A DNA stretch of 64,000 nt from a virus: positions 1-64,000 of the IMG/VR virus record IMGVR_UViG_3300045988_094428. One strand, given 5' to 3'. A model generated the notes under the pieces. That model was given only the letters and a program-made list of their open reading frames with translations, ran no database searches and was not told where the DNA came from. The translations under genes were made by a program, and so were the position numbers. Below, piece after piece: positions 35,962 to 48,078 of this stretch. Positions within the stretch are counted from its first letter, which is position 1; each line of letters opens with the position of its first letter.

Positions 35962-36337
35962 TGACAGTAACACAGGAATATATAAATGAACTTTTAGATA
36001 CAGCAGAAGTAAAAGAAATTGTTGTATTTGAAAAATGCCTAATCTGTGCTTATAAGTTTACAAATGGTTTTGTGATTGTTGAATCAAGTGCATGTGTTGA
36101 CCCAAAGAATTTTGACTTAGATGTTGGTCGAAAGATTTGCCGTGAACACGCTGAGAACAAACTTTGGGAACTTGAAGGCTATGTGCTTCAGCAAAAGGCC
36201 ACTAAAGCCACCCAGAGACGCTCCCCGGAGGCTGTAAAGAAATCCATCGAGGAATTGTCCCCGGAGGCCAGAGCTGTCTATGAGACGCTATTAGGTCAGC
36301 TCAAGGAAAAGTACCCTGTGAATATCTAAAAATTTTC

Positions 36338-36374
36338 TGAAACCCCTTGACAAATCAAGGGGTTTCTGTTATAA
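36338..36374 (+). promoter_or_regulatory. Promoter whose -35 box sits in the loop of a terminator-like hairpin
   Basis: GAAACCCCTT-gacaaatc-AAGGGGTTTC hairpin with TTGACA 36346-36351 and TATAAT 36369-36374. Confidence 0.55.
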
Positions 36375-37974
36375 TATAGGTAGTAAATTTTAGGAGGTTT
36401 GACATGAAACTAACAGAGTGTCAGGCCAGCACAGACTATACGAAATACTGGCTATCACCATACACCAATTCACAATATCCAGATTTTAAGACACCTTATC
36501 TAAAGATAAAAGAGGATTCAGCGAAGGATGTAAAAGTCGATGATATTGTTTATTGGGTAGAAAGAAGTCCTAGCGCAGCGATTGAGAGAAAAATATCTGT
36601 GCAGTGTGGGATTATCGTAGACGTATATCCAGACTGTTATGTTGCTAATCATCTTGCAGTTGCCGAATATATCACGTTCAGACTATATGACGAAAAGACG
36701 GAAAAGTTGTTTACAGATACCGCATCTTGGCGTGAGTATTTTCAGAATGTATCTTGGAGAAAATATCCGTCTAAAAAGGAACTGTCCGACAGTAGACATC
36801 TGTTTACTTTCAATCGGAAACCGCTGTATGAACTTATTGGTGGTAAACCTCCGAATTTGAAAGATATTGATGCTATCAAGGCGGCGTACAAATCTGGTAT
36901 TATTTGTAAGAGAAATGATGTAGTCGGATATGCGTCTTGCCCATATAGTGAGATTGATAAGGGCAGTTGGAAGCCGATTTTGAAGAGTGATTACGAGTCT
37001 GACAACACAACTCTTTCTAAGAGTCTTACATTCGCAACGTATGACGATGCAGTAAGATTAAAAGACTGTATTGAGCATGAATATGACTGGGTTTCTGGTT
37101 TAACCGATGAACAGTACACGCTTCTTGAAATGGACAAGGCTTTAAATAAACTTGTCCGTGACGGTATGTTGGAATCTGATGCGCGTAGAATTGCCTACTT
37201 TATGTTAAAGCAAAAGAAGTTAGTAGATATTGAGTTTCGCACTCTTCACGGCAAATTCCAATGGAGGAGCTACGACAATAAAAAGTGGAACAATGTAAAT
37301 CCTGAGAATATCCCACTTATCGAAGATGAGGTGTAGTTATGACCCATGTAACCGATGCTGAACGCTATCTGGCAGAATTAAAAAGTGCAATGGATTACTA
37401 CGGTAATATGCTCGATAAGCAGCATGGCAGTAACCATGACGCATACGTTAAGTATGATGTTGCACGATGTCAGTATAACGCCGCAAAAAGAATGATGGAA
37501 CTTATGAAGAGGTAAAATATGATTGTAGAGAAGAGTTTTATTGATGCTATCAAGTATGCGAAGAAGAACAGCGTTATGATTCGGCCAGAATATTGGAGTC
37601 TTTGGATTCAGTATGTTAAGTCCAATGGTGGGTTTTTCTGGTGCGACAAGAGTGGTAGAATTACTGAAGACCATGGCCTCGATAAGAGCGTAGTGGTCTG
37701 TGATAAGATTCTCGATGTTACCAGATGGGAATTTATGTGTGATGAGCTTGTTGACGATGCGGAGGGCAGCAATGACGGAAACCGAGTATAATCAGCTTGT
37801 TTTAGATTTGGCAAACGAATCGGAAGATACGCTGTATTTTATGTTTAGAAATTCTATTCGTCAGGTTAGATTCACAAGCCCTTACGAAAATGATTATCGG
37901 TACGTTGTTGCGCGACACAACGCAATTTGTGAGGCGTTTAAGAAAAAGACTGGACATAACATTTTGGAGGACTT

Positions 37975-38643
37975 TTGCTAATGATTAACGTAGGGAATGA
38001 TTGGCAACCGTTCTTTGATATAGAACAGCAAAAACCATTTTATAAGAATCTAAAGAGATTTCTTGCACAGGAATATGCAACAAAGACGGTATATCCACCG
38101 ATGCAAGACATCTTTAAGGCGTTTGAATTAACGCCTATACATAATACAAAGGTGGTAATAATTGGACAAGACTGTTACCATGGCGATGGGCAAGCAATGG
38201 GACTGTCGTTTTCTGTTAGGAACGGCGTATATCCAACCCCGCCATCTTTAAAAAATATTCAAAAGGAACTTAATTCTGAAGCAGTTGAGCGTAGTGAGTG
38301 GTCACAGGATTTGACAAGATGGGCAGAACAGGGTGTCTTATTGTTGAACACAATTTTAACAGTAAGACAGCACGAACCACTATCACACGCAAATCAGGGT
38401 TGGGAAACATTGACCGATGACGCAATTAAAGAGTTAGAGAAATACGACCAGCCCATTATTTACTTATTATGGGGTAAGAATGCCGGGTCTAAAAAGAATC
38501 TAATTACAAATCAAAATCATAAATTCCTAGAATCTGCGCATCCGTCACCGCTAAGTGCGAATCGTGGCTTCTTTGGGAATGGTCACTTCGCAAAAGCGAA
38601 TGAGTTTTTGATTGAGAATGGCTTAGAGCCAGTGAGGTGGTAA
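37975..38643 (+). CDS. ung: Uracil-DNA glycosylase (family 1)
   Basis: GQDCYHGDGQAMGLSFSV and HPSPLSA motifs. Confidence 0.8.
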   Translation: MLMINVGNDWQPFFDIEQQKPFYKNLKRFLAQEYATKTVYPPMQDIFKAFELTPIHNTKVVIIGQDCYHGDGQAMGLSFSVRNGVYPTPPSLKNIQKELNSEAVERSEWSQDLTRWAEQGVLLLNTILTVRQHEPLSHANQGWETLTDDAIKELEKYDQPIIYLLWGKNAGSKKNLITNQNHKFLESAHPSPLSANRGFFGNGHFAKANEFLIENGLEPVRW

Positions 38644-38647
38644 TTTT

Positions 38648-39403
38648 ATGAAGTATATGGGAAGCAAGGCAAGAATCGCAAAAGACATTTGCCCGATTAT
38701 CCAGTCGTTTATTGATAAAAGTGGTGCGTATATATATGTTGAGGGTTTTGTCGGCGGTGCAAACGTAATTGATAAAATTAGTTGTGATATACGTCATGGA
38801 ATTGATAAGAACAAATACCTTATTGCGCTTTTGAAGTATGCTGCCAATGGTGGGGAGTTACTTGGTAGAGTATCTAAAGATACATATACAGATGTAAAAC
38901 TAAATAAAGATAATTACCCGGATTGGCTTGTTGGAAATGTTGGATTTCTTGCATCTTATAATGGTAAGTTCTTTGATGGTGGTTATGCGAAGACTGTAAT
39001 CGAGCATACTAAATATGGAGATAAAGTCCGTGACTATTATCAAGAAGGAAAGAGAAATCTCGAACAGCAAGCACCGAATCTAAAGGATATTATCTTTACG
39101 TCAGGTGATTTTCTCGAATTATGGAAGAGTTTTAGCGGTCAGAAGGAAGTAGTTTTTTATTTTGATATTCCTTACTTAAATACTACAAAGTATGATGTAT
39201 CAAAGGGGTTTGATTACGATAAATTCTATGATATTTGTAGGGAACTTAGCAAGGATAATATTGTCATCGTTAGCGAGCAATGGATGCCAGATGATTTTAC
39301 TTGTATTTGGGAAAAGAAAGTTGCAAGAACAATCAGTGCAACTGGCCGTGAATATCCTACCGAAAAGCTGTTTGTAGTTGGCAAGGCTTTGGAGTATATT
39401 TAA
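38648..39403 (+). CDS. Dam-like N6-adenine DNA methyltransferase
   Basis: MKYMGSKARIAKDI N-terminus, motif I FVGGANV, catalytic FDIPY. Confidence 0.7.
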   Translation: MKYMGSKARIAKDICPIIQSFIDKSGAYIYVEGFVGGANVIDKISCDIRHGIDKNKYLIALLKYAANGGELLGRVSKDTYTDVKLNKDNYPDWLVGNVGFLASYNGKFFDGGYAKTVIEHTKYGDKVRDYYQEGKRNLEQQAPNLKDIIFTSGDFLELWKSFSGQKEVVFYFDIPYLNTTKYDVSKGFDYDKFYDICRELSKDNIVIVSEQWMPDDFTCIWEKKVARTISATGREYPTEKLFVVGKALEYI

Positions 39404-40653
39404 TAAAAAACTACTATTATTAAAGGAATAAAAATGGACGATTTTGAAAAGAAAATGCTATCTAAGATTGATAGCGGCGAATCACTTACAAGTTGTGAAT
39501 TAAGTAAACTCGTGTATAATTATGATATTGATACACAGGAAGGTGACGATGGACGATGGGTTAGAGGCATGTATACGGTCGTTGAACTCGGTGGGCGATA
39601 CTTTGGAATTGATTGGTTTAAGGGATTAACAGAGTGTCAGGAGAGCGAATTTGATTTTCAGCCAGAAGAGGTTGAGAGACACGAAAAGGTGATTACCGTT
39701 ACAGAGTGGTTGCCTATTAAGAGAGGTAATTGATAATGGTAGACTTTATAAAAAAGGTAAATCTGGGTTCGGTTCAACCCGGACAGTTGTTTATTTTAAA
39801 GGGTAAATTTTATCTACGCATTACTACGCATGAATATGTCTGTAACTGTGTAGAGATGGGGACTTTTGATATTTGCGAGTTTGCTCCCGGCTTGATAGTA
39901 AGGACATCTGATATATGGCTTCTTTGTCCGAACCGCGCTTTTGCACTATGCAATGGAAATCTTGATGAACTGGAAAAAGTGTGGACAAAATATGCCGATG
40001 ACTTAGCATCAGAAGGCAAATATCATAAATTTGACTTGATTGAGACGGAGGGTTAATATGGTAAGAGTATTTATTAGCCAGCCGATGCAAGGTAAAACAA
40101 GCGAACAGATTCGCACTGAACGCAATGAATGGGCAGATAGGTTAGGCAAGCTATCTAACGAAGAAATTGAGGTAATGGATACAATCTTCGATGATTTAGA
40201 TAATGAAGACCCAGCAACACCTTTAAAATGTCTTGGAATGTCACTCTACATGATGGCAGATGCAGATATTGTAGTATTCTTGCCCGGATGGTCTGATGCT
40301 CGTTGTTGTAAAATTGAGTACGAGTGTGCAGAAAAGTACGGAAAGAAAATTATAGACTACGATAATTGGTATGATTTGGAGGCATAAATATGACGACAGA
40401 GGTAAATGTTGTTTTAGATTCAAGTGCAAAAAAAGTAAAGTTTGAAGATGTGGCAGTCGGTAGCATCTTTGAACATGAAGGCGCTTACTATATGCGAATT
40501 AAACCGCAGTTTGGCGTTAATTCTTTAAAGGTATACTCGCCAAAGTCTGAAACAGATGAAGCCACGGATAGCGATGTATTCACTACGGTTTTGTTTCCTT
40601 TTAGTAGTGAAGTTATTCCACATGATTCTACTTTAAATATTGAGGTATAATAA

Positions 40654-41412
40654 ATGGAAGTAAAACTTTTAACGTATACGCAAAATCCAGAAAAAATTGT
40701 AGCGGCGGCTGCTAAGTTGTGTTATGCAAAATCTAATATAGCAACCTTGATGGACGGTTTAACAGATGAAAAAGTTTGCTCATTCTTAAATAGGCTTTCT
40801 GATTTGGGGCATCAAAGTCCAACAGAACACGCATCTTTTACGTTTGGCATTGAGGGTGTGTCTCGTAGCTTTTTGGCACAGATTTCACGTCATCGTCTTG
40901 CATCTCTTTCAGTTCAGTCACAACGCTATGTTGACATGACGAACGCAGGGTTTGTTATGCCTGAAGAGTTTGTAGATGACGAACCGGCATCAAAAACATT
41001 TGAAGATGCTGTTGGTTATGCGCTTGAATCTTATGAGGAACTCCGCAAATATTTGACGGTAAGGTATATTCAGTCTGGGATGGATACTAAATCGGCAGAA
41101 AAGAAAGCGCAGGAAGATGCACGTTATGTATTGCCAGAGGCTTGTTGTACCAAAATGATTATCACGATGAATGCTCGTGAACTTAACCACTTTTTTAATA
41201 TGCGTTGTTGCAATCGTGCGCAGTGGGAGATTCGTGAGTGCGCTGAACAGATGTTAAGACTGGTATATCCTATCGCGCCCCATTTGTTTAAGAATGCTGG
41301 CCCATCTTGTGCTTGTGGTGCTTGTCCAGAGGGCGCTATGAGCTGTGGAAAGGCGGCAGAGATGCGGCAGAGATATACGGAGATTAAGACGCTTCATTCT
41401 ACTGAAGTGTAA
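40654..41412 (+). CDS. thyX: Flavin-dependent thymidylate synthase ThyX
   Basis: ThyX signature SRHRLASLSVQSQRY (RHRxxSxxxxSxR). Confidence 0.8.
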   Translation: MEVKLLTYTQNPEKIVAAAAKLCYAKSNIATLMDGLTDEKVCSFLNRLSDLGHQSPTEHASFTFGIEGVSRSFLAQISRHRLASLSVQSQRYVDMTNAGFVMPEEFVDDEPASKTFEDAVGYALESYEELRKYLTVRYIQSGMDTKSAEKKAQEDARYVLPEACCTKMIITMNARELNHFFNMRCCNRAQWEIRECAEQMLRLVYPIAPHLFKNAGPSCACGACPEGAMSCGKAAEMRQRYTEIKTLHSTEV

Positions 41413-41424
41413 TTAAAAATTTTA

Positions 41425-41465
41425 CCCGGAAAGCCCTTGACTTTTCCGGGTATTTTTGCTATAAT
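41425..41465 (+). promoter_or_regulatory. Terminator-like hairpin carrying a promoter -35 box in its loop, followed by TATAAT
   Basis: CCCGGAAA-gcccTTGACT-TTTCCGGG then tatttttgcTATAAT. Confidence 0.55.
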
Positions 41466-42203
41466 ATAGTTACGGAATGGAGGTTAGATTGATATGTTCG
41501 GGTTAGTGCCGTTATTACTTATACTATATCTTGGAGTTGGTTCAATGTACTTTCTCGAATGCTTTCCAGATATTTATACCGAATACGGACTATGGCAATA
41601 TGATGGGATAAAAGAGGCTGTAGTCGTTTCCTTTTTTGTTATCTTTTGGTTGCCATACCTTATTATTTCAACAGTGATTGGCTGGACTATTGATGCGACA
41701 TATAATATGATTAAGTGGTTTATATTAAGCGGTCAAGTAGACAAAGATGGTTTTGAAAAGGAAGACTTTGAATGAAATATATAATTATGTTCTTCATTAT
41801 GTTCTATCTACATCTGATTGACGACTTTCATTTGCAAGGATTTCTCGGAGACTTAAAGCAGAAGTCTTGGTGGAAGAAGAATTATCCAGACAAGTTATAT
41901 GAGCATGATTGGGTGTTCGCACTTTTTGAACATTCCTTTTCTTGGTCTTTTACAACGCATATACCGTTGTTAATAACTTCATTATATTCTTATTACGCAA
42001 ATGGATATTTTGATGCTTTATGGGTATATGTATTGTGTATAGTATTTAATACAGTGACCCACATGATTATTGATAACAGCAAAGCCAACAAACTGGAAAT
42101 TAGTTTATCAACAGACCAAATGGCCCATATAGCACAGATTGTGTTTTCACTTTCGATGTATAGTTTTTTAGACCTTGGTAATTTAATCTAAAGGAGATAA
42201 CAA

Positions 42204-42677
42204 ATGGAGAATGTAATTAACCGCTTTGATGGTGAGTATTTCTTTTTGAGCAATTTTTATCAGTGTCCGGTAACTTATGATGGAATTGCTTATGGCAGTT
42301 CTGAGGCGGCTTTTCAGGCCCAGAAAACTTTGGATATTGAAAAGCGTAAGTATTTTGCGACACTTGACCCGTCTAAATCTAAGCGCGAGGGTCGCCGTCT
42401 TGTCGATTTGCGCTCCGATTGGGACGACGTAAAAGACAAAGTGATGTACGAGATTGTTATGGCGAAGTTTATCCAGAATCCAAAGCTGGCCGATAAGCTG
42501 TTGGCAACTAATGGAATGACTTTGGTTGAGGGCAACAGTTGGAATGACCGTTATTGGGGTATGGATTACGAATGTACTGTTGGACGTAATCAGCTTGGCA
42601 AAACTCTTATGCTTGTTCGTGAGAATATTTATATGATTCGTATGATGCACGACAGCGGAAGCGAATCTATTTTGTGA
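42204..42677 (+). CDS. NADAR (YbiA/DUF1768) family protein
   Basis: GEYFFLSNFYQCPVTYDGIAYGSSEAAFQAQK matches the NADAR/YbiA N-terminal signature. Confidence 0.65.
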   Translation: MENVINRFDGEYFFLSNFYQCPVTYDGIAYGSSEAAFQAQKTLDIEKRKYFATLDPSKSKREGRRLVDLRSDWDDVKDKVMYEIVMAKFIQNPKLADKLLATNGMTLVEGNSWNDRYWGMDYECTVGRNQLGKTLMLVRENIYMIRMMHDSGSESIL

Positions 42678-42687
42678 GGAGGAAAAT

Positions 42688-43227
42688 ATGAGTTATCCTG
42701 ATTTCAAGGTAATGAGCCGTTATGTGCTAGAAGATTACCTTATGAACCCGGACAATGTTGAAACACTCGTAGTTTCTATCACTGATATTGGCGCACCTCT
42801 TGCTGGTGATGACTGCACAGCAGACAACATCCACTTTCTTAGATTACAATTCAACGATTGCGAAGTCAGTACGAAGTGGGAAACTGCAATGTCTGACGAA
42901 CAGGGTGAAGAAGTGGCGAAGTTTATCAAGGGCTGGATAAACAAGACTTACGTTGAAAAAATTATCGTTCAGTGCGAGGCTGGTTGTAGTCGTTCTGCTG
43001 GTGTATGTGCGGCAATTATGAAGTATCTTACTGGAGACGATATGCCAATTTTTCGTAGTCCTAAGTATAGTCCGAATATGAACTGTTATCGTATGGTTTA
43101 TAATGCTCTTTTTAATTCAAAACCTGATGAAATTGAGTTAAAGAAGAAAGCTAAAATTAGTGATGCAATTTATTTTGCGGATGGTTCTGAGTGGGATTAC
43201 TTTGGTGGAAAGGTTGTAAAAGAATGA
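42688..43227 (+). CDS. Cys-based (CX5R) protein phosphatase-like protein
   Basis: VQCEAGCSRSAGV matches the HCxxGxxRS P-loop of dual-specificity/tyrosine phosphatases. Confidence 0.45.
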   Translation: MSYPDFKVMSRYVLEDYLMNPDNVETLVVSITDIGAPLAGDDCTADNIHFLRLQFNDCEVSTKWETAMSDEQGEEVAKFIKGWINKTYVEKIIVQCEAGCSRSAGVCAAIMKYLTGDDMPIFRSPKYSPNMNCYRMVYNALFNSKPDEIELKKKAKISDAIYFADGSEWDYFGGKVVKE

Positions 43228-45185
43228 TTAGTTCTTGCGTATTTTGGGTCTACACAATTTTTGGTTTTTCACCGGCTGTTATCGCGTTCCTCGCGTCAAA
43301 ACCTTCGAAGTGGTACGGAGTCGCATTTATTGTCTGGTTTATTCTATTGCTGATTAGAGTATCGCCTACCGGGTCACAGATTCCTCAGTATAGAGCCTTT
43401 TGTAAATATAGATTGCATTGCCCTAATGAACTTCTCCCTAAGATGAAGTATGCACAGATTAAACAGTTGTTATCTGTCAAAGAACTTCGTGCAGATTTTG
43501 ACTATGTTAGCTGTAATTACTATGAAGATAGATTTGTGTACGATGATTATTATGACTGGTCTTGTAAAGATATGAGACATAATTTTGTAATTTGTCATAT
43601 TGCTAGTAAAAACAATAACTATGTCGTTTTAAACCCAGCGACATATTTTGATTACTTCGCAATGTGCTTGACTGTTAGTAAGGGTTTGAAAAGTCTGTGT
43701 GCAACAGAAACGGTCGATGCACAGTTAAAAAATCTAAGAGATATTAGGGAAGTTGTACGCGAAGTGCAGGATAGAGAAGTAGCAAAGATGCAAAATATTG
43801 CATCAGAAAATCTTGAAATCGAGAATCGTATTATTGGCGATAGAAAGGTTAAGATAAAACAAAAATGAGTTACGATATTGTTGTCACAAAGGTAAATGAG
43901 CTTTTGGAAAAGTTTGTTGGTGGCGAGATTTTCTTTGACCAGCTTGACGATTCTATCAGAGCGAGTAAAGAGATTCTTGCAATGCTTGACCACGATGTTA
44001 AGATAATGTATCCGCACGACAAATATAAGTATGTTGTTACCGGTAAAACCGGAATTGCATATTTCAATTATGGTTTTACTACAGACCTGATTGTTCCGGG
44101 CGGCTTGCGTAAATCTAACACAAAGTTAGACCTTTCCGAATATGTAAAGTCCGGTGAGAATTACGTACTTATTGATGATTCTTACTTTATGGGGCGCACA
44201 GAGGCAGTTATTCGGAAAGCACTCAATGAGTGCAGTGCTAATTTAGCCGGAACACTCGTTTTCTATGATGGTTGTATCGAGAAGCGTTCTTGGGTCACTT
44301 CTATGTATCGTTACTACGATAATTATGACGTTCTTGGGAACAGATTGGAGAAATAGTTATGAAGATTAAGGTTGAATTTACTGTCGAAAATAGCATGGAC
44401 GCGGCGCAGATTGACGAGAATCTGCAAAAGGCTATTGCCGCTGGGGTTACTGAAACGACTGTCGCAGGACAGATTCGTGATGAGTTTAAGCAAATGCTCA
44501 TGGGACAGATGTGGGGCAACGATATTAACGGTAAACCTGTTGTTGCAGATATTGTCGGTGTTGAGGTATTTGCAAATTCTAATGATACTTCCGTATTTTC
44601 TGAATGGCACAAGGAGGATTAAATGGGCGAGTGGTATATTGTTCGTGGTAATATGGATGATGGCTGTCGTAAGTACACCACAAAAGTTATCGTGTATGCC
44701 GAGACTGTAAACGAAGCAAAGTCTAAGGCAAAAAAGCATTTGGAGACTGATGCAGATTGCCTGTTTACTCCTGCTGACGTAAGCCGCCTTGATAAGAATA
44801 AGGTATACTAATTATGGAAGATTTTGATATTAGCAAAATCACTATGAGTAAGGTGCATCTTGATGAATATAAGGTAAATCCATATTCAGAAGAACTTACT
44901 TATACGCTCGTCAATGGTGATGGTGATGATATGGGCGGCAGTAGAGTATTGCGCTTTACCGATGATGGCACATGGTCATTATGTAATAAGGACGCGGCTA
45001 TCGTCCGTAACCATGTCTTTTTAGAGCCTTGGAATGGTGATAGGATTCTTAGTGCTATTTTTTACGATGAGCATATCGCCGCAGTAAAGATTCACGATGG
45101 CTGGATTCCTCTTAGTGAATGGGGCAATTCGTGCGTCTGCTTCAGAATGGGTGTTGAATACGCCAAAAACAACTAATAGTTGTAA

Positions 45186-45214
45186 GACTGGAGGAAATTT
45201 CCAGTCTTTTTCTT
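45186..45214 (+). terminator. Rho-independent terminator
   Basis: GACTGGA-ggaaatt-TCCAGTC followed by TTTTTCTTT. Confidence 0.8.
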
Positions 45215-45224
45215 TAGATTTCCC

Positions 45225-45253
45225 TTGACTTTCATTGTTTTCTATGGTATAAT
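45225..45253 (+). promoter_or_regulatory. sigma70-like promoter
   Basis: tcccTTGACTttcattgttttctaTGgTATAAT. Confidence 0.6.
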
Positions 45254-48078
45254 ATAGGTGTAAGAAGGATGCACGATAGCGGAGGTATTTATGGTCGGTT
45301 TAAAATTTATGATATGTGGATTTGCAATAATTCTCATTGTAGTAATGTTAGCTTGTGTACTCATTGTTGATTTATGCGAAAATACTTGGTATGACGATGC
45401 GCACGAGGACGAAGCAGAAGAAAGGTACTCGCTATATGTTACCAAAGTTGAACGCGAGATGAGCGCTAACGCAAAAGAACGCGCCAAACGAGAATCGTAT
45501 AACAAATGCGTAAATCATAGCGTCATTGTCAATAGTATCGTCAGTAGATATATGTCAAAAATTAACGACTATCTTACAAAATACGAATTAAAACAGTTTG
45601 AACGCTTCTATACGGTATACTGCAAAGAACTCGCAAATACTCTCGACTCGATTGATAAATGTGTATCAACTTCTTTATATAGCGACCTTGTATGTAAAAC
45701 CAGAGACACATACGGTAGTATCTTTTCTAAAATGCTTGCAGATATAGAGACGTTTATTAAGAATAATTCCGTTTCTGTTACAGATATTGAAGGTATTAAG
45801 AATTTTGCTAAAATCAATGGTGACTTCGACGAGAACTACAAGGCGGAAACGGCGAGTAAGTCGGTAAGTGACACAGATATAACACTTACACCTACCACTT
45901 CGGCAGTAAAGTACAAAGTAAATTATGCGGACGCTTTAAATCGTGCTTACGAGAAGGTAAGTCAGTACAAAAAAGAAAACGCACAACTTGCAAAAGAATT
46001 GGAGAACTGTAGAGCGGAAGCCAAAAAGCATATTGATACAACTAATTCAGCGGATAAGTTAAAATCTGACTTAGCGAGGATTGATGATGTTATTTCATGT
46101 CAAGAACGCGCTGGTCGTAATGACAGCACGCTTGAGTTAATGCGTAAGGTGCGGTGTCAAATTGCCGAAACCGGTATACTTCATGGCAAAGACCACTATA
46201 CGGATTATAAACTTTACTACTGGGGCATCCCCATTGATGACTATTTAAATGATTGGGAAGCAGAGTTTGATTATACGCACGACTATACGTACTATACTAA
46301 CGAATGGAGTATATAAATAATATGGACGTTTGGAAAGTTATTAAAAAGCTAGAGAAACTCGCAAAAGAGAATCCAGAACAGGAAATTACGATTGAGACTG
46401 GTAAACATCATTATTATGAATGTCCTTGTTGTGGGAAGAAATCTGTTCGAGTGCAAGAACTTGCAACGTGTAAACTTAGTGACGCAAATATCTACGAAGG
46501 ATTTGACGGAACGATTGTAATTGATTCTGAGTGAGGTTGTGTTATGCTAAGTATTTCAGACATCGCCATTATTGTATTTATTATTAGTGTTATAGCGATT
46601 GGCGTACTGTTAGAGATTTATGGTTTTATAGTGTGGGCAATCCCTAGAGGTTTATTCGCCTCTGTCTTATACTTATTGGGGTGTTTAGCGACAGACTCTT
46701 TTATCGTCGGGGTTGTAACCGCTAGAGCGGCGAGAGATGAAAATGATTAAAAAACGTATTACATTATCTGATTGGACATATATTGGTAAATATAATGTAT
46801 GCTATGATTGGGCTAGAGGTCTTTGCGACTATTATCTTCTTTTAGATGAAGATAAAGCGATGTATAGGAAACAGGATATTAAAACATGGTTCTATGTTCT
46901 TATGTTTGTTCCAATTTGTTTAGTCAATATCATTCTTTGTATTATAGATGGTGGATTAGTCGAGTTCGAGATTCCGTATAAGACACTTGACAAAACCTTT
47001 CTTGGTATGCAGAAAGATGGGGCCACAATAAGCTGTGCTATTGGTAGCGTGTCTTACGATAAAGCAAAAGAGATTTGGAATAAGTACGATAAAGGTTCAA
47101 GATGGAGATTTATAGAGAAGTAATTGATGCCGCTGTTAATATCTTTATTCTTGGTGGGCTTTTAGGAATTGGCTATATCGGTTTTAATATTGTAGTCGAT
47201 ATTTTTGAATGGATATGGCCGTTTTGAGGTAGTAATGTAAATGGAAACATACGAAAAGATGAGACAGCTTCTTTGGAGAAGAATAGATGAAATGCTCCTG
47301 AACGGTGTTTCTCTGTCCGATACCGTGAATGCGATTATCGGTGATATGACAGAAGGTATTTACCATGACCTTTATTTTGAAAAAGATATGAAAGAAATTT
47401 CACATCCGTATAAGCGAGATTACGGTCACTACTTTTTAGATAAAATTTGACTTTTGTGTAATAAAAAATAACGTAGGTACGTTAAATTTTAAGGAGAAAT
47501 TATGGAATATCGTGAAAAATCTGAACTTGTTGGTGTACACAGAGGAAAATTTGTGTGTCCGGGCTGTGGAAGTTGTGAAATGCTATTTAATAAAGATGGC
47601 GTACCGAACAACTTCTGTGGGAGATGTGGGCAGAAACTGAACTGGTTCGACAAGAACAATAAACCACTTTACGATTTAAAGCTGTAAAACTGGAATAGTT
47701 TACGCATACAAATATATTAAAGTTACTTTTACATTTGGAGGAAAAAATGTCAGTTTCTACTATAGAAAAGAAAATCTCGAAAACAATTAAACTTGATGGG
47801 CGTAGTGTCGAAGCAAAGATGTATTATGAATACGGATACGCTGATGACTACAGAGGGTACGTAAACGATGTGTACGTCTTTGTTAAGATTCATAAATATA
47901 ATACTCTCGGATATGAAGCAAGCGCATACGGTTGCAATCATAACGATGTGTATAACCGTGTAAAGAAAGATATATACGACAAGATGGATAATATAACAAC
48001 CGAATGGCTTAAAATGAAAGGATTTACCGACCCAAACAGCTGGGGATGTTAAAACTTTGTGTATGAGGTATACGTAAA

